From an uncultured Chloroflexia bacterium (GTDB lineage Bacteria > Chloroflexota > Limnocylindria > Limnocylindrales > CSP1-4): a DNA stretch of 64,000 nucleotides. Shown here piece after piece: positions 18,492 through 31,738 of this stretch. The notes under the pieces were generated by a model. The model did no database searches. It was not told the origin of the DNA and was given only the letters and a program-made list of their open reading frames with translations. Both the position numbers and the translations under genes were made by a program. The DNA lies in assembly GCA_963828165.1 (NCBI GenBank), contig CAWHDR010000001.1, positions 2,144,001 to 2,208,000 of the forward strand, in the 5' to 3' direction. Position 1 is the stretch's first letter, and each line of letters starts with the position of its first letter.

Positions 18492-19487
18492 GTGCGCCGA
18501 TCCGAGTCGATCATCGGAGCCGACCAACCGCTCGTGCCCCAGATCCGCCAATCCCTCCTCGCCCTCGCCTGGTTCGTCGCGGTCATCCTCATCGCGCTCG
18601 GTGCGGCAGGGCTCGTCGCGGGCATGGACGGTCCCGCTACCGCCGGATCGCGCCCGTGGCTGACCGCCCGCGACGACGTCGTCGTCACGAGCCACCTCGA
18701 CGCCATCGCGGCAGACCTGGAGCTCGTCGCGGACCGGCTCGATGCGCTCGGGGCGCAGGGTCGCGGCGCGCTGTCGGCGCTGGTCGCGAGCGACCCTACG
18801 ACGGCGGCGGCTGCGCTCGATGAAGGCGACCGACTCGTGACGGATATCGCGGCGCGGGCGGCCAGGATCGGGACCGCGCTCGACGACGTGCCGCTCGTCG
18901 GCACGGAGGAGGCCGGCTACCGGCTCGGGCCGGCGGTCCGCGATCGGCACGCGCGGCTTGCCGCGGCTCTCGCGTCCACCAGGGGCGTCGAGGCGTCTTG
19001 GCTGCAGCTCGCCAACGGGTCGGCGGCTGCGACGCGACTCTCGAATCTCCTCGCCGCGCACGATGAAGCCGTCCTCGCCGCTGCGGAGCAGGGGCGCGAC
19101 GCCCAGTACGCGGCGGCGCTGACGATCCTTGACGGCGCGGACGCCGCGATCGCCGATGCCCGAAGCCTGCGCAACGCCCTGGCCCGGACGGTCGAGGTCG
19201 TGACGCTCGACGAATGGCTGGACCGCAGCGCCACCTATGACGCCGCGCTCCGCGCCCTGTACGCCGCGCTCGACGACAGTGGCGGGCGGATCAACGATGC
19301 CGTTCGCGAGGCGATGACCGAAGAAGGCAAGGCCAAGGATCGGCTCCCGCCGGACACGCGCGGCCTCGTGCTGATCATGGCTGAGATCGGCCGCGGCGGG
19401 ATGAACGGCGCCGTCATCGCGATCGAGGAGGCTCGCGGTCAGCTGAGTGCGGCGCTCGCCGAGCCTGCTCCCAGCCCGGGAACGTAA
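18492..19487 (+). CDS. Hypothetical N-terminally anchored helical protein
   Basis: GC3-rich long ORF, one TM segment (LALAWFVAVILIALGAAGLVAG) then Ala/Leu-rich helices; start approximate. Confidence 0.7.
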   Translation: MRRSESIIGADQPLVPQIRQSLLALAWFVAVILIALGAAGLVAGMDGPATAGSRPWLTARDDVVVTSHLDAIAADLELVADRLDALGAQGRGALSALVASDPTTAAAALDEGDRLVTDIAARAARIGTALDDVPLVGTEEAGYRLGPAVRDRHARLAAALASTRGVEASWLQLANGSAAATRLSNLLAAHDEAVLAAAEQGRDAQYAAALTILDGADAAIADARSLRNALARTVEVVTLDEWLDRSATYDAALRALYAALDDSGGRINDAVREAMTEEGKAKDRLPPDTRGLVLIMAEIGRGGMNGAVIAIEEARGQLSAALAEPAPSPGT

Positions 19488-19608
19488 GTCCGGACGTTCG
19501 TGCCATGGGCAGCCCGAGGCATCGGCCGGACGCTACACTTTCGACCACTGTCCCTGACTCGCGGTCGCCCGCGCCCATGCGGCCCGACACCCGGAGGAAC
19601 CCACCACC

Positions 19609-21121
19609 GTGCAGCTTCGTGTCGTCACCGACCAGCCGTGGGACGTCAAAGCCGACGTCCTCGTCATCCCGTATGTGGGCGATCCGACCTTCGAAGGGCC
19701 TTTCGACGAGATCGACCGGCGAACCGGCGGTGAGCTTCGAGCGCTCGCCGGCTTCAAGGAGCTGACCGGCAAGCGTTACGCCACGACGCTGGCGGCGGTC
19801 GGCGAGCTTCCGGCCGGGCGGCTCGTCCTGATCGGGGCCGGGGACACGGCGACGATCGACCGCGAAGTCATCGTCCGAGTGGGAGCCGCGGCGTCACGCC
19901 GCCTGGGTGGTCGCGTCGTCCGCAGCGTGGCCTTCTGGCTGGCCCCACTGTCGGGCCTCGACACGATCGACGGCGACGTCGCGGTCGTGGCGGAGCTGCT
20001 GACGCGCGGCGTGGTCGAGGGTTCGTACGACCCCAAGTCGATCTACCGCGACGACGACGAATTCAAGCCACCGAAGCTCGACGAGCTGATCCTGGTCATG
20101 CCGGACGGTGACGCCGGTGCGATCAAGGCAGCGGCCGAGCGCGGCGTGATCATCGGCGAGGGCGCGAACAACGCGCGGACATTGTCCAATCGTGCCGCGA
20201 ACGACGTGTCGCCAGAGGTCCTGGCCGAGGAGGCGCGCGCGATCGCCGAGCGCAACGACCTGTGGATCGACGTCATCGAGCCCGATCGGGCGACCGAGCT
20301 CGGGATGGGCATGTTCATGGCGGTCGGGCGCGGGAGCGACAACCCGCCGCGGATGATCGTCATGCGGTCCGGCAAGGAGGGGGAGCGCGATTCGCTGGAT
20401 CGCCACGTCGCGATCGTCGGCAAGGGCGTCTGCTTCGATTTCGGGCGGCATCAGCATCAAGCCATCCGACCGGATGGAAGAGATGAAGATGGACAAGACC
20501 GGCGCCTGCACGGTCCTCGCGGTCATGGAAACCGTGGCACGTCTGGCGCCGGGGACTCCATTGCTCGGGCTCGCGCCGGCCGTTGAGAACATGCCAGGGC
20601 CGCACTCCACCCGACCCGGCGACATCGTGACTGCGCTGAACGGCAAGAAGGTCGACATCACGAACACTGACGCCGAGGGCCGGCTCATCCTCGGCGATGC
20701 GCTGACCTACGCGGAACGGTTGGGCGCCACGCATCTCGTCGATGTTGCGACGCTCACCGGCGCCGTCGCGCGAGCCCTCGGATACCTCATCACGGGGGCG
20801 TTCGGTGCCCCGCAGGACTGGTACGACCAGGTCGTGGCCGCGGGCACCCGGGCCGGCGAGCGCTACTGGCAGCTGCCGCTGATCGACGAGTACGTGCCGG
20901 ACATGGACAGCTGGTATGCCGACTTCCAGAACGCCGGGTCGGCCGAGGGTTCGCTCGTGAAGAGCGGTCTCTTCCTGCGCGAGTTCGTCACCAAGCCGTG
21001 GGTCCACCTCGACATCGCCGGGACCGCGTACTACCGCAAGGCCCTGCCGTTCGCGCCACGCGGGTCGACCGGCGTGTCGCACGCCACGCTCGTCGAGCTC
21101 GCCCTGGCCGGTCGGGCCTGA
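19609..21121 (+). CDS. pepA: Leucyl aminopeptidase (M17), frameshift near 20440
   Basis: VGKGVCFD/GGISIK split across the frameshift, MKMDKTG, ENMP, NTDAEGRL, DVATLTGA, WVHLDIAG. Confidence 0.92.
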
Positions 21122-21149
21122 GCGCGGCGGCGGCCCGACCGCGAGCGAC

Positions 21150-21791
21150 GTGGAGCCGCTGAGCCTGATCCTCGGCGTTGCCGGGGCGGCGCTCGGCGTG
21201 GCCGCCGACCGGTTCGCGACCCGCTGGCCGGAGCACGACGAGGAGCATCCGCCGGGGCGGAAGGTCGATTGGCGAACCGTCCTCTGTGGGATGGCGGGAG
21301 CCGTGGCTCTTGGGTTGCTGCCCACGCGGTTCGGTGGGGACCCATTGGCGTTGGCCGTGTTCGGAGCATGGATCGTGACGCTGGTCGTTGGCCTGGCCAC
21401 GGATCTCGACCAGCGCCTGCTCCCCGACGAGTTGACGCTACCGGTCATCCCGATCGCCCTGGCCTACGCGGCTTCGGGACTCAACCCCCTCGTGGGCGTG
21501 GCCCTGCCGCTGGCCGTGCTGGCGGCTGTCCTGATCCCGGCCGTCCTGTACCTGCCGTCGATCCCATTCGGGGCCGGCGCGTTCGGCATCGGGGACGTGA
21601 AGCTGCTGGTCGGGACCGGACTGTTGCTGGGGGGTGATCGGGCGTTGGGCGGCACGATCTTCGGCCTGATCCTCGCGGGCGTGGTCCTGCTCGCGCTGCT
21701 GGTCACGCGCCGCATCGGGCGGCGGTCGTACGTCCCGTTCGGGCCGTTCCTCATCATCGGGGCGTTGTGGGCGGTGCTCATCCGCGCCTGA
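21150..21791 (+). CDS. A24 family prepilin peptidase-like membrane protease
   Basis: TDLDQRLLPD, FGIGDVKL, VPFGPFL; lacks the Cys-rich N-terminal methylase domain. Confidence 0.88.
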   Translation: MEPLSLILGVAGAALGVAADRFATRWPEHDEEHPPGRKVDWRTVLCGMAGAVALGLLPTRFGGDPLALAVFGAWIVTLVVGLATDLDQRLLPDELTLPVIPIALAYAASGLNPLVGVALPLAVLAAVLIPAVLYLPSIPFGAGAFGIGDVKLLVGTGLLLGGDRALGGTIFGLILAGVVLLALLVTRRIGRRSYVPFGPFLIIGALWAVLIRA

Positions 21792-21843
21792 GGCCCGGTC
21801 GCCGACCCGGGGTGGTCGCCGCTTCCGCGACCAAACCCCGACG

Positions 21844-21961
21844 AAACACGGACTCACCGCGGACCAAACACGGACTAAACGCTGACTAAACGTGCCCGAA
21901 CCGTTGACACCGCTCGGGCCGGAAGCGCATCCTGTCCCGACGTCGCCCTAAACCGGTTTAG
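21844..21961 (+). promoter_or_regulatory. Promoter, LacI-family operator and upstream direct repeats for the amylopullulanase
   Basis: TTGACA 21904-21909, 18 nt, CATCCT; perfect palindrome CTAAACCGGTTTAG 21948-21961; AAACACGGACT-like repeats upstream. Confidence 0.7.
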
Positions 21962-22064
21962 CCCCCGACCCAGCACCGCCTCGCGCGGCGTCCGGAGGGC
22001 TCCGGACGGCGCTGTCGAAGTCGTGTCAGGGGCTCGCCCCCGCGCTCGTCTCGGAGGTTCGTCG

Positions 22065-25000
22065 ATGCGCTCCCCGTCCGGTCAGGCCCGCTGCGCGGGC
22101 GTTCGGTCGCGCCTGGTCGCTCTCGTCGGGAGCGTGCTCCTGCTCGCCGGTCTCGTGCCCGCAGCGACCGTCGTGCCCGTGTTGGCCTCGCATACGACGG
22201 CGCCCACGAGCGTGACGATCGCCGGCAGCCTGCAGAGCGAGCTGGGATGCCCAGGCGACTGGCAGCCGGAGTGCGCCGCCACGCACCTTACGTACGACCC
22301 GGCAGACAGCGTCTGGCAGGGCACGTTCGCGGTGCCGTCCGCCGCCGCCCCGTACGAATACAAGGCCGCCGTGAACGACACCTGGGACGAGAACTACGGC
22401 GCCAACGCGACGTTCAACGGGGGCAACATCGGCCTGACGGTCGGCGACGCAAACGCGACGAAGTTCTACTACTCGCACGATTCGCACTGGGTCACGAGCA
22501 ACCGCAATGCCGTGATCGCCACGGCCGCCGGCAGCTTCCAGAGCGAGATCGGCTGCCCCGGCGACTGGGCCCCCGACTGCCTGCGCTCGTGGCTCCAGGA
22601 TCGCGACGGGAACGGCGTCTACACGTTCGTCACGGCCGACATCCCCGCCGGCGACTACGAGTTCAAGGTGGCGCTCGCCGAAGCGTGGGACACGTCCTAT
22701 CCCGCCGATAACGTCGCGTTCTCGGTCGCGAGCGGGAACACCGTCACGTTCACGTACACGGCGTCCACCAACGAGGTCGCCGTCGACGTCGAGGGCGACG
22801 ACCCGCCCGATCCCGCCGACGAGGCCCTGGCCCTTCGCTCGCTGCGGGACGACCTGACCGAGGAGGTCTTCTATTTCGTCATGCCCGACCGTTTCGACAA
22901 CGGGAACGCGGCCAACGACGAAGGTAGTCTGACCGGGGATCGCATGACCACCGGGCTCGATGCCACGGACAAGGGCTTCTATCACGGGGGCGACATCGCC
23001 GGCCTGCTGGAGCGGCTCGACTACATCGAGTCGCTCGGTACCACGGCGGTCTGGATGGCGCCCATCTTCAAGAACCGGCCGGTCCAGGGTTCAGCCGCGG
23101 ACGCGTCGGCTGGCTATCACGGGTACTGGACCACGGACTACACGCAGATCGACCCGCACTTCGGCACGAACGCGGAGCTGGAGGCGTTCGTGGACGCGGC
23201 CCACGGTCGTGGGATCAAGGTCTTCTTCGACATCATCACGAATCACACCGCGGACGTGATCGATCACGAGGAAGGGACGTACACCTACCGGAACAAGGCG
23301 ACGTTCCCGTATGTCGACGCCGACGGCAACGAGTTCGACGACCGCGATCACGCGGGCTCGGACACGTTCCCGCCGCTCGACCTCGACTCGTTCCCGTACA
23401 GCCCGATCTTCCGGACCACCGCCGACGCGACCGTCAAGGCGCCGGCCTGGCTGAACGACCGGACGATGTACCACAACCGCGGCGACTCCACATTCGTGGG
23501 CGAGAACTCCGAGTACGGCGATTTCTTCGGGCTCGACGACCTCTTCACCGAGCGTCCCGAGGTCGTCGATGGGATGGTCGACATCTTCGAGACCTGGGTC
23601 ACGGACGTCGGCATCGACGGATTCCGCATCGACACCGCGAAGCACGTCAACATCGAGTTCTGGCAGGAATTCGGGCCGGCCATCCAGGCTCATGCTGCCA
23701 GCGAGGGCAACGACGACTTCTTCATGTTCGGCGAGGTCTTCGACTCGAACCCCGCCTTCATGTCGCGCTACACGACCGAGGGCAAGCTTCAGGCGACGCT
23801 GGACTTCGGCTTCCAGGCACGGGCACAGACCTTCGCCGCGAATTCCGCCGCGACCGACAACCTGCGCGACCTCTTCGCGCTCGACGACCACTACACGGAC
23901 GTGGATTCCAACGCCTACAGCCTGCCGACGTTCCTGGGCAACCACGACATGGGCCGCATCGGACGGTTCATCGCGGAGGCAAACCCGGGTGCGTCGGACG
24001 ACGAGCTGCTGGCCCGCGACCAGCTGGCGCACGCGCTCATGTACCTCGTCCGCGGGATGCCCGTCGTCTACTACGGCGACGAGCAGGGCTTAACCGGTGA
24101 CGGCGGCGACAAGGACGCGCGCCAGGACATGATGCCGAGCCAGGTCACCTCCTACAACGACGACGACCTGATCGGGACGAGCGCCACGACCGCCGACGCG
24201 AACTTCGACGAGGCGCATCCGCTCTACGCGTTCCTCGGCGATCTTGCCGCGCTGAAGGCCGATCACGCGGCGCTGCGCGACGGCGCCCAGGTTCATCGGT
24301 ACTCGACGAGCGAGGCCGGCATCTACGCCTTCTCCCGGATCGACGCCGACGAGGGGATCGAATATGTCGTCGCGCTCAACAACGCCGAGACGGCGAAGAC
24401 CCAGACGATCCAGACGTACTCGGCCGACGCCGGCTTCAGCGGCTTGTGGCCATCCGGCCTCGGCGACCTGACGTCGAACGGTTCGGGCCAGATCACGATC
24501 ACCGTGCCGCCGCTGTCGGCCGTCGTGTATCGCGCCGACGCGGCTCTCGCTGCTGACTCGCAGGCGCCCGGCATCACGCTGGCCGCCCCGCCCGACGGCG
24601 CGACCGTCGTTGGCAAGGTCGAGGTCGGCGCCACGCTCGCCGATCCGGAGTTCGCGGAGGTCACGTTCGCGGCCAAGGTCGGTGACGCGACGGAATGGTC
24701 GGTCATCGGGACCGACGACAACGCGCCCTACCGGGTCTTCTACGACACGAGCGGCCTCGCGGAAGGCACCGACCTCGCGTTCAAGGCCGTCGTGCGCGAC
24801 GCAGCGGGCAACGTCGACTCCGACACCGGCTCGGCGGTGGTCGGCGCGGTCGAGCCGCCACCGAGCGGCGGCGGGACCCCGGACTACGCCGTCGTCCACT
24901 ACCAGCGGCCGGCCGGCGATTACGACGGCTGGGGCTTCCACTTCTGGGGCGACATCGATCAGACCGTCGAGTGGACGAGCCCCGTCCCGCTCGCAGGCGA

Positions 25001-28000
25001 GGATGCCTACGGCCCGTTCGCCTGGGTCAAGCTCCTGCCCAACGCGAGCGAGGTCGGCTTCATCCCGCACAAGGGTGACGAGAAGGACCCGGGCCCCGAT
25101 CGGTTCTTCAACCCCTCGCAGAACCCGGAGATCTGGCTCAAGCAGGGCGACCTGACGGTCTACACGTCACGTGCCGACGCGCAGGGGTACGTGGAGATCC
25201 GCTACCAGCGCCCGGACGACGACTACACCGGCTGGGGTCTGCACCTCTGGGGAGACGCGATCGACCCGAGCGAGGGAACGACCTGGGAGGCGCCGAAACC
25301 ACCGACGGCGATCGATGATTACGGGGCCTACTGGAAGGTCCTGATCGGCGACGCGACCCAGCCCGTCAACTTCATCGTTCATCAAGGGCGACGAGAAGGA
25401 CACGGCCGAAGACCGCAGCTTCCTGCCGACGGAGAACGCGGAAGCCTGGCTCCAGTCCGGCGACTCCACGATCCACAGGACGCGCGGCTCCGCTGAGGAC
25501 TTCGCCGTCATCCACTATCACCGCTCGGATGGCGATTACGGTGACGCAACCTCCACCGACTTCGCCGACTTCTGGGGCCTCCATACGTGGGCCGGGCACC
25601 TCGACCCGGATCCGGAGTGGACGGCACCGATCAAGCCTGCCGGAACCGATCGCTTCGGTCCGTTCTTCGAACTGGACCTCGACGATGGCGCGACCGAGCT
25701 TGCCTACATCCTCCACCGCGGCGACACGAAGGATCCCGGCCCCGACCAGTCCCTGGATCTCGTTACCATCGGGCACGAGGTCTGGTACCTGTCCGGGCAT
25801 ACGGACGCCGACCAGGTGGCCAAGTACCTGCTGCCCATCCAGGCCGGCTCGGGCACGGACGCCAACCTGTCGCGCCAGAAGGCCCACTGGCTGACCGAGA
25901 ACACGATCGCCTGGGACATCGAGCCGCTGCCCGGCGGCGAGTACGCCGCTCCACTACGCGCCCGATGGCGGCCTTGCCGTCGCGGGAGGGATCACCGGAG
26001 GGGAAGACGATCCCGCTGGCCCGTGTCGCGACCGGCCTCACGGCCGAGCTCAAGGCGAAGTGGCCGCACCTCGCCGACTACGAGGCGTTCCGCATCGCCG
26101 CGGGCGACCTCGATGCGGTCCCTGAGGCGCTGAAGGGCCAGCTGGCTGTCTCCGCGACCGACGCGGAGGGCAGTCTGCGCATCGCGACCGGGGTCCAGAT
26201 CCCGGGCGTCCTCGATGACCTGTACGCCAACGACGGCGCCCTGGGCGTCGCGTGGGCCGGCACCGTGCCGACGGTCCGCATCTGGGCACCCACCGCGAAG
26301 TCCGTCGCCCTGCGCCTCTACCCGGATGCCACGACGGCATCGTCCACGACGCATGCCATGACCCGCGACGACGCGACGGGCGTCTGGAGCGTGACCGGCA
26401 CCGCCGCCTGGAAGAACCAGTTCTACCTCTACGACGTGGAGGTCTTCGCTCCATCGACCGGACAGGTCGAGCACAACCTCGTCACCGACCCGTACTCGCT
26501 GGCGCTGGCCACGCAACTCCACTCGCACCCAGATCGTCAACCTGTCCGACGCCAGCGCTCCGGCCGGCAGGCTGGTCCACGCTACACGAAGCCCGGCCAG
26601 CGGTGCGCCGGAAGGCATCTCGCTCTACGAGCTCCACGTCCGTGACTTCTCCATCAACGACGCGACGGTGCCGGCCGCGGAGCGCGGCACGTACGCCGCG
26701 TTCACGCGGACCACGGCCGCTGACGGCATGCAGTCACCTCCGGGCCCTCGCGAACGCCGGGCCTGACCCATGTCCACCTCCTGCCGGTCTTCGACATCGC
26801 GACCGTGGACGAGGACCGCTCGACGCACCTGGTACCGCCGTGCGACCTCGCCGAGCTTCCCGCGCGACTCGGCGGAGCAGCAGGCCTGCATCGCGCAGGT
26901 CCGCGCCCAGGACGGCTTCAACTGGGGCTACGACCCGTGGCACTACACGGCGCCCGAGGGCAGCTACGCGACGAACCCCCAGGGCGCGGCGCGCGAACGA
27001 CCGAGTTCCGCGCGATGGTCAAGTCGCTCAACGACGACCGGGCTGCGGGTCGTCATGGACGTGGTCTACAACCACACGAATGCGGCCGGCCAGGCCGAGA
27101 AGTCGGTGCTCGATCGGATCGTGCCCGGCTACTACCACCGGCTGCTCGAGGACGGCACGCTGGCCAACTCGACCTGCTGCGCGAACACCGCGACCGAGCA
27201 CGCCGATGATGGAGAAGCTCATGGTCGACTCGATCGTGACGTGGGCACGCGACTACAAGGTCGATGGCTTCCGCTTCGACCTGATGGGCCACCACTCCGA
27301 AGGCCGAACCTGCTCGCCGTCCGCGCGCGCGCTCGACGAGCTGACCCTTGCCGCGGACGGCGTCGATGGCTCGAAGATCTATCTCTACGGCGAGGGCTGG
27401 AACTTCGGCGAGGTCGCGAACGACGCTCGCTTCGTCCAGGCCACGCAGACGAACATGGACGGCACGGGGATCGGCACGTTCAACGACCGGCTGCGCGACG
27501 CCGTCCGTGGCGGTGGCCCATTCGACGCCGACCACCGCGTCAACCAGGGGTTCGCAAGCGGTCTGTACACCGATCCGAACGGCGTCGAGCACGATGTCCC
27601 CGGAGGAGCAGCGCCAGCGGCTGTTGCTGCTCCAGGATCAGATCAAGGTCGGCCTGACGCGGCAACCTCCAGGACTTCGAGTTCGTCGACCGGACCGGCG
27701 CGACCGTGACCGGTGCGGAGGTCGACTACAACGGCTCGCCCGCGGGCTACACCGAGCGACCCGCAGGAGGCCATCACCTACGTCGAGGCGCACGACAACG
27801 AGACGCTCTTCGATGCACTCGCCTACAAGCTCCCGCAGGACACCTCGAGAAGCGACCGGCGCGCGCGCCCACGATCGTGGGCCTGAGCACCGTCGCATTC
27901 GGGCAGGGTCATGCCGTTCTTCCATGCCGGCACCGAGCTGTTGCGATCGAAGTCGCTCGACCGGAACAGCTACGACTCCGGCGACTGGTTCAACCGCGAT

Positions 28001-28571
28001 CTTCTGGAACAAGACGGACAACAACTTCGGCGTCGGCCTCCCGCGCGAGGACGACAACGGATCGGCGTGGCCGATCATCGGGCCGATCCTGGCCAACGCC
28101 TCGATCGATCCGGCTGCAGGCCGACATCGAGTGGACGAACGAGCGCGTTCAAGGACCTGCTGCGGATCCGCCGTTCCTCGGCGCTCTTCCGGCTCGGTAC
28201 CGCGGAGGCGATCGAGCAGCGGCTGACGTTCGCGAACGCGTGGCCCCGACCAGATCCCAGGGTTGATCGTGATGCGCATCTCGGACAACGTCGGCGCCGA
28301 CCTCGACCGCAACGCCAAGTCGCTGGTGATCATCTTCAACGGCAGCGACACGGGTCAGTCGATCAGCCTGGCCGACACGGTGAAGGGTCAGTTCAAGCTG
28401 CACCAGGTCCAGCAGACCTCGGACGACGACGTCGTCCTGACCTCCAAGTTCAGCCAGAAGACGGGCACGTTCTTCGTGCCCGCGCTCACCACGGCCGTCT
28501 TCGTGGAGCATCAGCCGGGGCCCCCGTCAGGGCAGCTGAACCGTTCGTTCCTGGGTGTCGGTGGGTCGTGA
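22065..28571 (+). CDS. Large secreted amylopullulanase (GH13 alpha-amylase, CBM41-type repeats, pullulanase-type alpha-1,6-glucosidase); many frameshifts after about 25380
   Basis: Signal peptide; two AGS(L/F)QSE.GCPGDW modules; [40 protein letters not shown]; then [48 protein letters not shown] across shifting frames. Confidence 0.88.
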
Positions 28572-28843
28572 CTGCGGCCCACCGCAGCAGACCCCACCTA
28601 ACGTCCCAGTACCGCCCCTGACCTTCGACCCATCCAGTTCGGGAAGCAGGCCGTCTAGACTGGTCGTTGGCGGTTGGGTTGCCCCTCGGGGTATCATCCC
28701 CCGAAGCCGGAACTCTGATCGTCGTCCTGCGGCATGTGCCCGTCAATGGACGTCGGCACCGGCGGGCTAACCGTCGACCGCGCCACGGCCCCAGCCAGGC
28801 GCCGACCAACGGAGTTTGCTCGCACGATGACGCCGCCCAGGTG

Positions 28844-30238
28844 ATGCCCCGCACCATTCGCCCTGACACGGGCCGTCCCGGACCCACTGGCTGGTCGAAC
28901 CCGGTCGGCGTTCGCCGCGCACGTCGCTCGAGCCGTGGCCTGCACGCCCTCGTGCTGATGATCCCTCTGCTCGTGGGCATGCTGGGCGCGTCCGTCTCGC
29001 CCCAGGTCGCACGCGGCGATGAGCTGTCCGACGCCAAGGCGAAGTCGGCGCAGCTCAAGAAGCAGGTCGCGGAGCAGAAGGCCCGCGTCGCCGCGCTCAA
29101 CGACCTCCAGGCCGGTCTCGCGGCCGAGATCGCCGATACGAAGAACCAGCTCCGGGCGATCGGCGCCGACCTGACCGCGGTCAAGAAGAAGATCGTGAAG
29201 ATGGAAGCGCGGATCGTGGTGGTCAAGGCGGCCTACGCCGACCTCGTCGAGCAGGTCAAGCAGATGGACGCCCAGCTCACGCTCGTGATCGCCCAGGAGG
29301 CGGCCAAGCGGGTCGAGCTCACCGAACGCCGGGCGCTCCTGGCGGACCGCGTCCGCAATGCCTACGACACCGATCGGACGTCACCGCTCGAGACGTTCCT
29401 GTCGGGCGGCACCTTCACCGACATCCTCGCCGAGATGAGCTACTACATCGATGTCGGGGAGCAGGATCAGGCGCTGGCCGACCAGATCACGCGCGACAAG
29501 GAAACACTCGCCGCGATGCACCAGACCGTCCTGGACACGCGCATCCGGACGAACCTGCTGCGCCAGGAGACGGCGGCGCAGAAGCGGGCTCTCGACAAGA
29601 GCCTGCTCGAGCTCAAGGAAACCAAGAAGGAGCTCGCCAGGCTCCAGCGCGCCATCGCGAAGAACCTCGCCGCGCAGAAGGCCCGGTACGCCGCGGTCAA
29701 GCGCAGCAGGGCGAATGCAGCCGCGATCATCCGCAGGGCCGCCGCGGATCAGCGGCGCCTCGCCAAGGAGATCAACAGCCTCATCGCTCGGCAGGTCTCG
29801 CGCGGCAACATCCCCTCGAAGTTCAACGGGACGATGCGCTGGCCGATGGACGACTTCAACATCAGCGGCAACTACGGCTGCAGTTCCTTCGCCTACTACG
29901 CGCCGGGTAACGGGTGTGCGCACTATCACAACGGGATCGATCTCGTGGCGCCCTACGGCACCAAGGTCAAGGCCGCCGCCGCCGGGACGGTCGTCTATGT
30001 CGGCTGGAACTGGGCGGACGGCGCCGACCCTGCGTGGGTCGTCGTGATCGCGCATTCGGGCTCGCTCAAGACCTGGTACGCCCACATGCAGCCCAAACGC
30101 CCCGTGTCGGTCGGCGAGACCGTCAAGAAGGGCGAGCTCATCGGGTACGAAGGCAGCACCGGCAACTCGACCGGCGCCCATCTCCATTGGATGGTCGAGT
30201 TCAACGGCACGTTCGTGAACCCGCGCCTGTTCCTGTAG
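28844..30238 (+). CDS. Coiled-coil plus M23 peptidase domain protein (EnvC/CwlO-like)
   Basis: TM/signal segment, long coiled coil, HNGIDL, TWYAHM, GSTGNSTGAHLH; start approximate. Confidence 0.88.
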   Translation: MPRTIRPDTGRPGPTGWSNPVGVRRARRSSRGLHALVLMIPLLVGMLGASVSPQVARGDELSDAKAKSAQLKKQVAEQKARVAALNDLQAGLAAEIADTKNQLRAIGADLTAVKKKIVKMEARIVVVKAAYADLVEQVKQMDAQLTLVIAQEAAKRVELTERRALLADRVRNAYDTDRTSPLETFLSGGTFTDILAEMSYYIDVGEQDQALADQITRDKETLAAMHQTVLDTRIRTNLLRQETAAQKRALDKSLLELKETKKELARLQRAIAKNLAAQKARYAAVKRSRANAAAIIRRAAADQRRLAKEINSLIARQVSRGNIPSKFNGTMRWPMDDFNISGNYGCSSFAYYAPGNGCAHYHNGIDLVAPYGTKVKAAAAGTVVYVGWNWADGADPAWVVVIAHSGSLKTWYAHMQPKRPVSVGETVKKGELIGYEGSTGNSTGAHLHWMVEFNGTFVNPRLFL

Positions 30239-30361
30239 CGGACCGGCTCGCCCCGGGTCGAACGTTCACGCAGCCTTGACCAGGCGAAACAGGTTCCCCC
30301 GCACCTCGCGTGCTAGCATCGCGACTCGGAACCCATCGACGTCGGGAGGCGGATCCGGACC

Positions 30362-31738
30362 GTGAAGCGGACCATGGCGATCATCCTTGCGGGCGGAGAA
30401 GGCGAGCGCCTCTCGATCCTGTCGCAGGAGCGCGCGAAGCCCGCCGTCCCGTTCGGTGGCAAGTACCGGATCATCGATTTCACGCTGTCCAACTGCGTCA
30501 ACTCGGACATCCACGACGTCGTCGTGCTGACCCAGTACAACCCGCGCTCGCTGAACGACCACATCGGCCTGGGCCGCCCGTGGGACCTCGACCGCAACCA
30601 GGGCGGGGTGAAGCTGCTCCAGCCGTACATCGCCCGGGGCAAGGTCGCCGAGTGGTATCGCGGGACCGCCGACGCCGTCCTGCGCAACATGAACGTGGTC
30701 GAGCACGACCCCTCGGACGTCGTCGTGGTCCTGGCCGGCGATCACATCTACAAGATGGACTACCAGCCGTTCATCGCCGCGCATCGGCGCCGGCGCGCGG
30801 ACGTGACCATCGCGGTGCGGCGCGTGCCGCTGGCCGAAGCGTCGCGGATGGGCATCCTGGCCCTCGACGACGCCGACCGGGTCACCGAATGGCAGGAGAA
30901 GCCCAAGCAGCCCAAGAGCGACCTGGCCTCGATGGGCGTCTACGTGTTCTCGAAGAAAGCCCTGCGCCGGTGGCTGTCCGAGGACCGCGTCGACTTCGGC
31001 CGCCACATCATCCCGGCGATGCTCGAGGCCAACGCTCGGGTCTTCGGCTACCGCTACAACGGCTACTGGCAGGACGTCGGCACCATCCAGTCGTTCTGGG
31101 AGGCCAACATGGCGCTCCTCGTCGACGACCCGGAGCTCGACCTCTACGACAAGGACTGGCTGATCCATACGCGCTCCGAGGAGCGTGCCCCGGCCAAGGT
31201 CGGGCCCACGGCCCAGGTTCATCGGTCGATGATCAGCCACGGCTGCGTCATCAACGGCACGGTCGTGAACTCGGTGCTGTCGCCTGGCGTGCGCGTGGAT
31301 GTCGGTGCCGTCGTCCGCGATTCGATCGTCATGTTCGACTCGGTCATCCGGTCGGGTGCCGTGGTCGATCGGTCGATCCTCGACAAGGAGGTCGTCGTCG
31401 GGCCGGGCGCGATCGTCGGTGACGGCCCGTTCCCGGACAAGCCCAACAAGATCGAGCCGAGCCGACTGAACACCGGCATCACGGTCGTCGGCAAGCGTTC
31501 GGTCATCCCCCGCGGCGCGCGTATCGGGCGCAACGTGAAGGTCGCGGCGGACGTTCGTGCGCCCGATTTCGTGAAGCGCGTCATCAAGAGCGGCGAATCC
31601 GTGGAGCCTCGTCCCGCGAAGCGCACGAAGACCGTGCGCGACGTCGTAGCGCCGATCCCCGAGATCGTCGCACCGCGCGGGGTCGCCAGTGGCGGACGCG
31701 CCAGTGGCGCACGCGGCAAGGGCGGCAGCGCGAGCTGA
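30362..31738 (+). CDS. glgC: Glucose-1-phosphate adenylyltransferase
   Basis: [62 protein letters not shown]-terminal beta-helix. Confidence 0.95.
   Translation: MKRTMAIILAGGEGERLSILSQERAKPAVPFGGKYRIIDFTLSNCVNSDIHDVVVLTQYNPRSLNDHIGLGRPWDLDRNQGGVKLLQPYIARGKVAEWYRGTADAVLRNMNVVEHDPSDVVVVLAGDHIYKMDYQPFIAAHRRRRADVTIAVRRVPLAEASRMGILALDDADRVTEWQEKPKQPKSDLASMGVYVFSKKALRRWLSEDRVDFGRHIIPAMLEANARVFGYRYNGYWQDVGTIQSFWEANMALLVDDPELDLYDKDWLIHTRSEERAPAKVGPTAQVHRSMISHGCVINGTVVNSVLSPGVRVDVGAVVRDSIVMFDSVIRSGAVVDRSILDKEVVVGPGAIVGDGPFPDKPNKIEPSRLNTGITVVGKRSVIPRGARIGRNVKVAADVRAPDFVKRVIKSGESVEPRPAKRTKTVRDVVAPIPEIVAPRGVASGGRASGARGKGGSAS

Noticed and set aside
19476-19499. GGGAACGTAAG resembling a family 1 arm
   Set aside because: Only about 10 bp, overlaps a stop codon, has no partner arm, and is explained by a small GAACGT/ACGTTC hairpin.
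25380-28260. Many frameshifts in the pullulanase half of the amylopullulanase
   Set aside because: Same error pattern with conserved catalytic motifs. Isolated indels in pepA, the gluzincin, CAP and DUF2236 genes support an assembly artefact.
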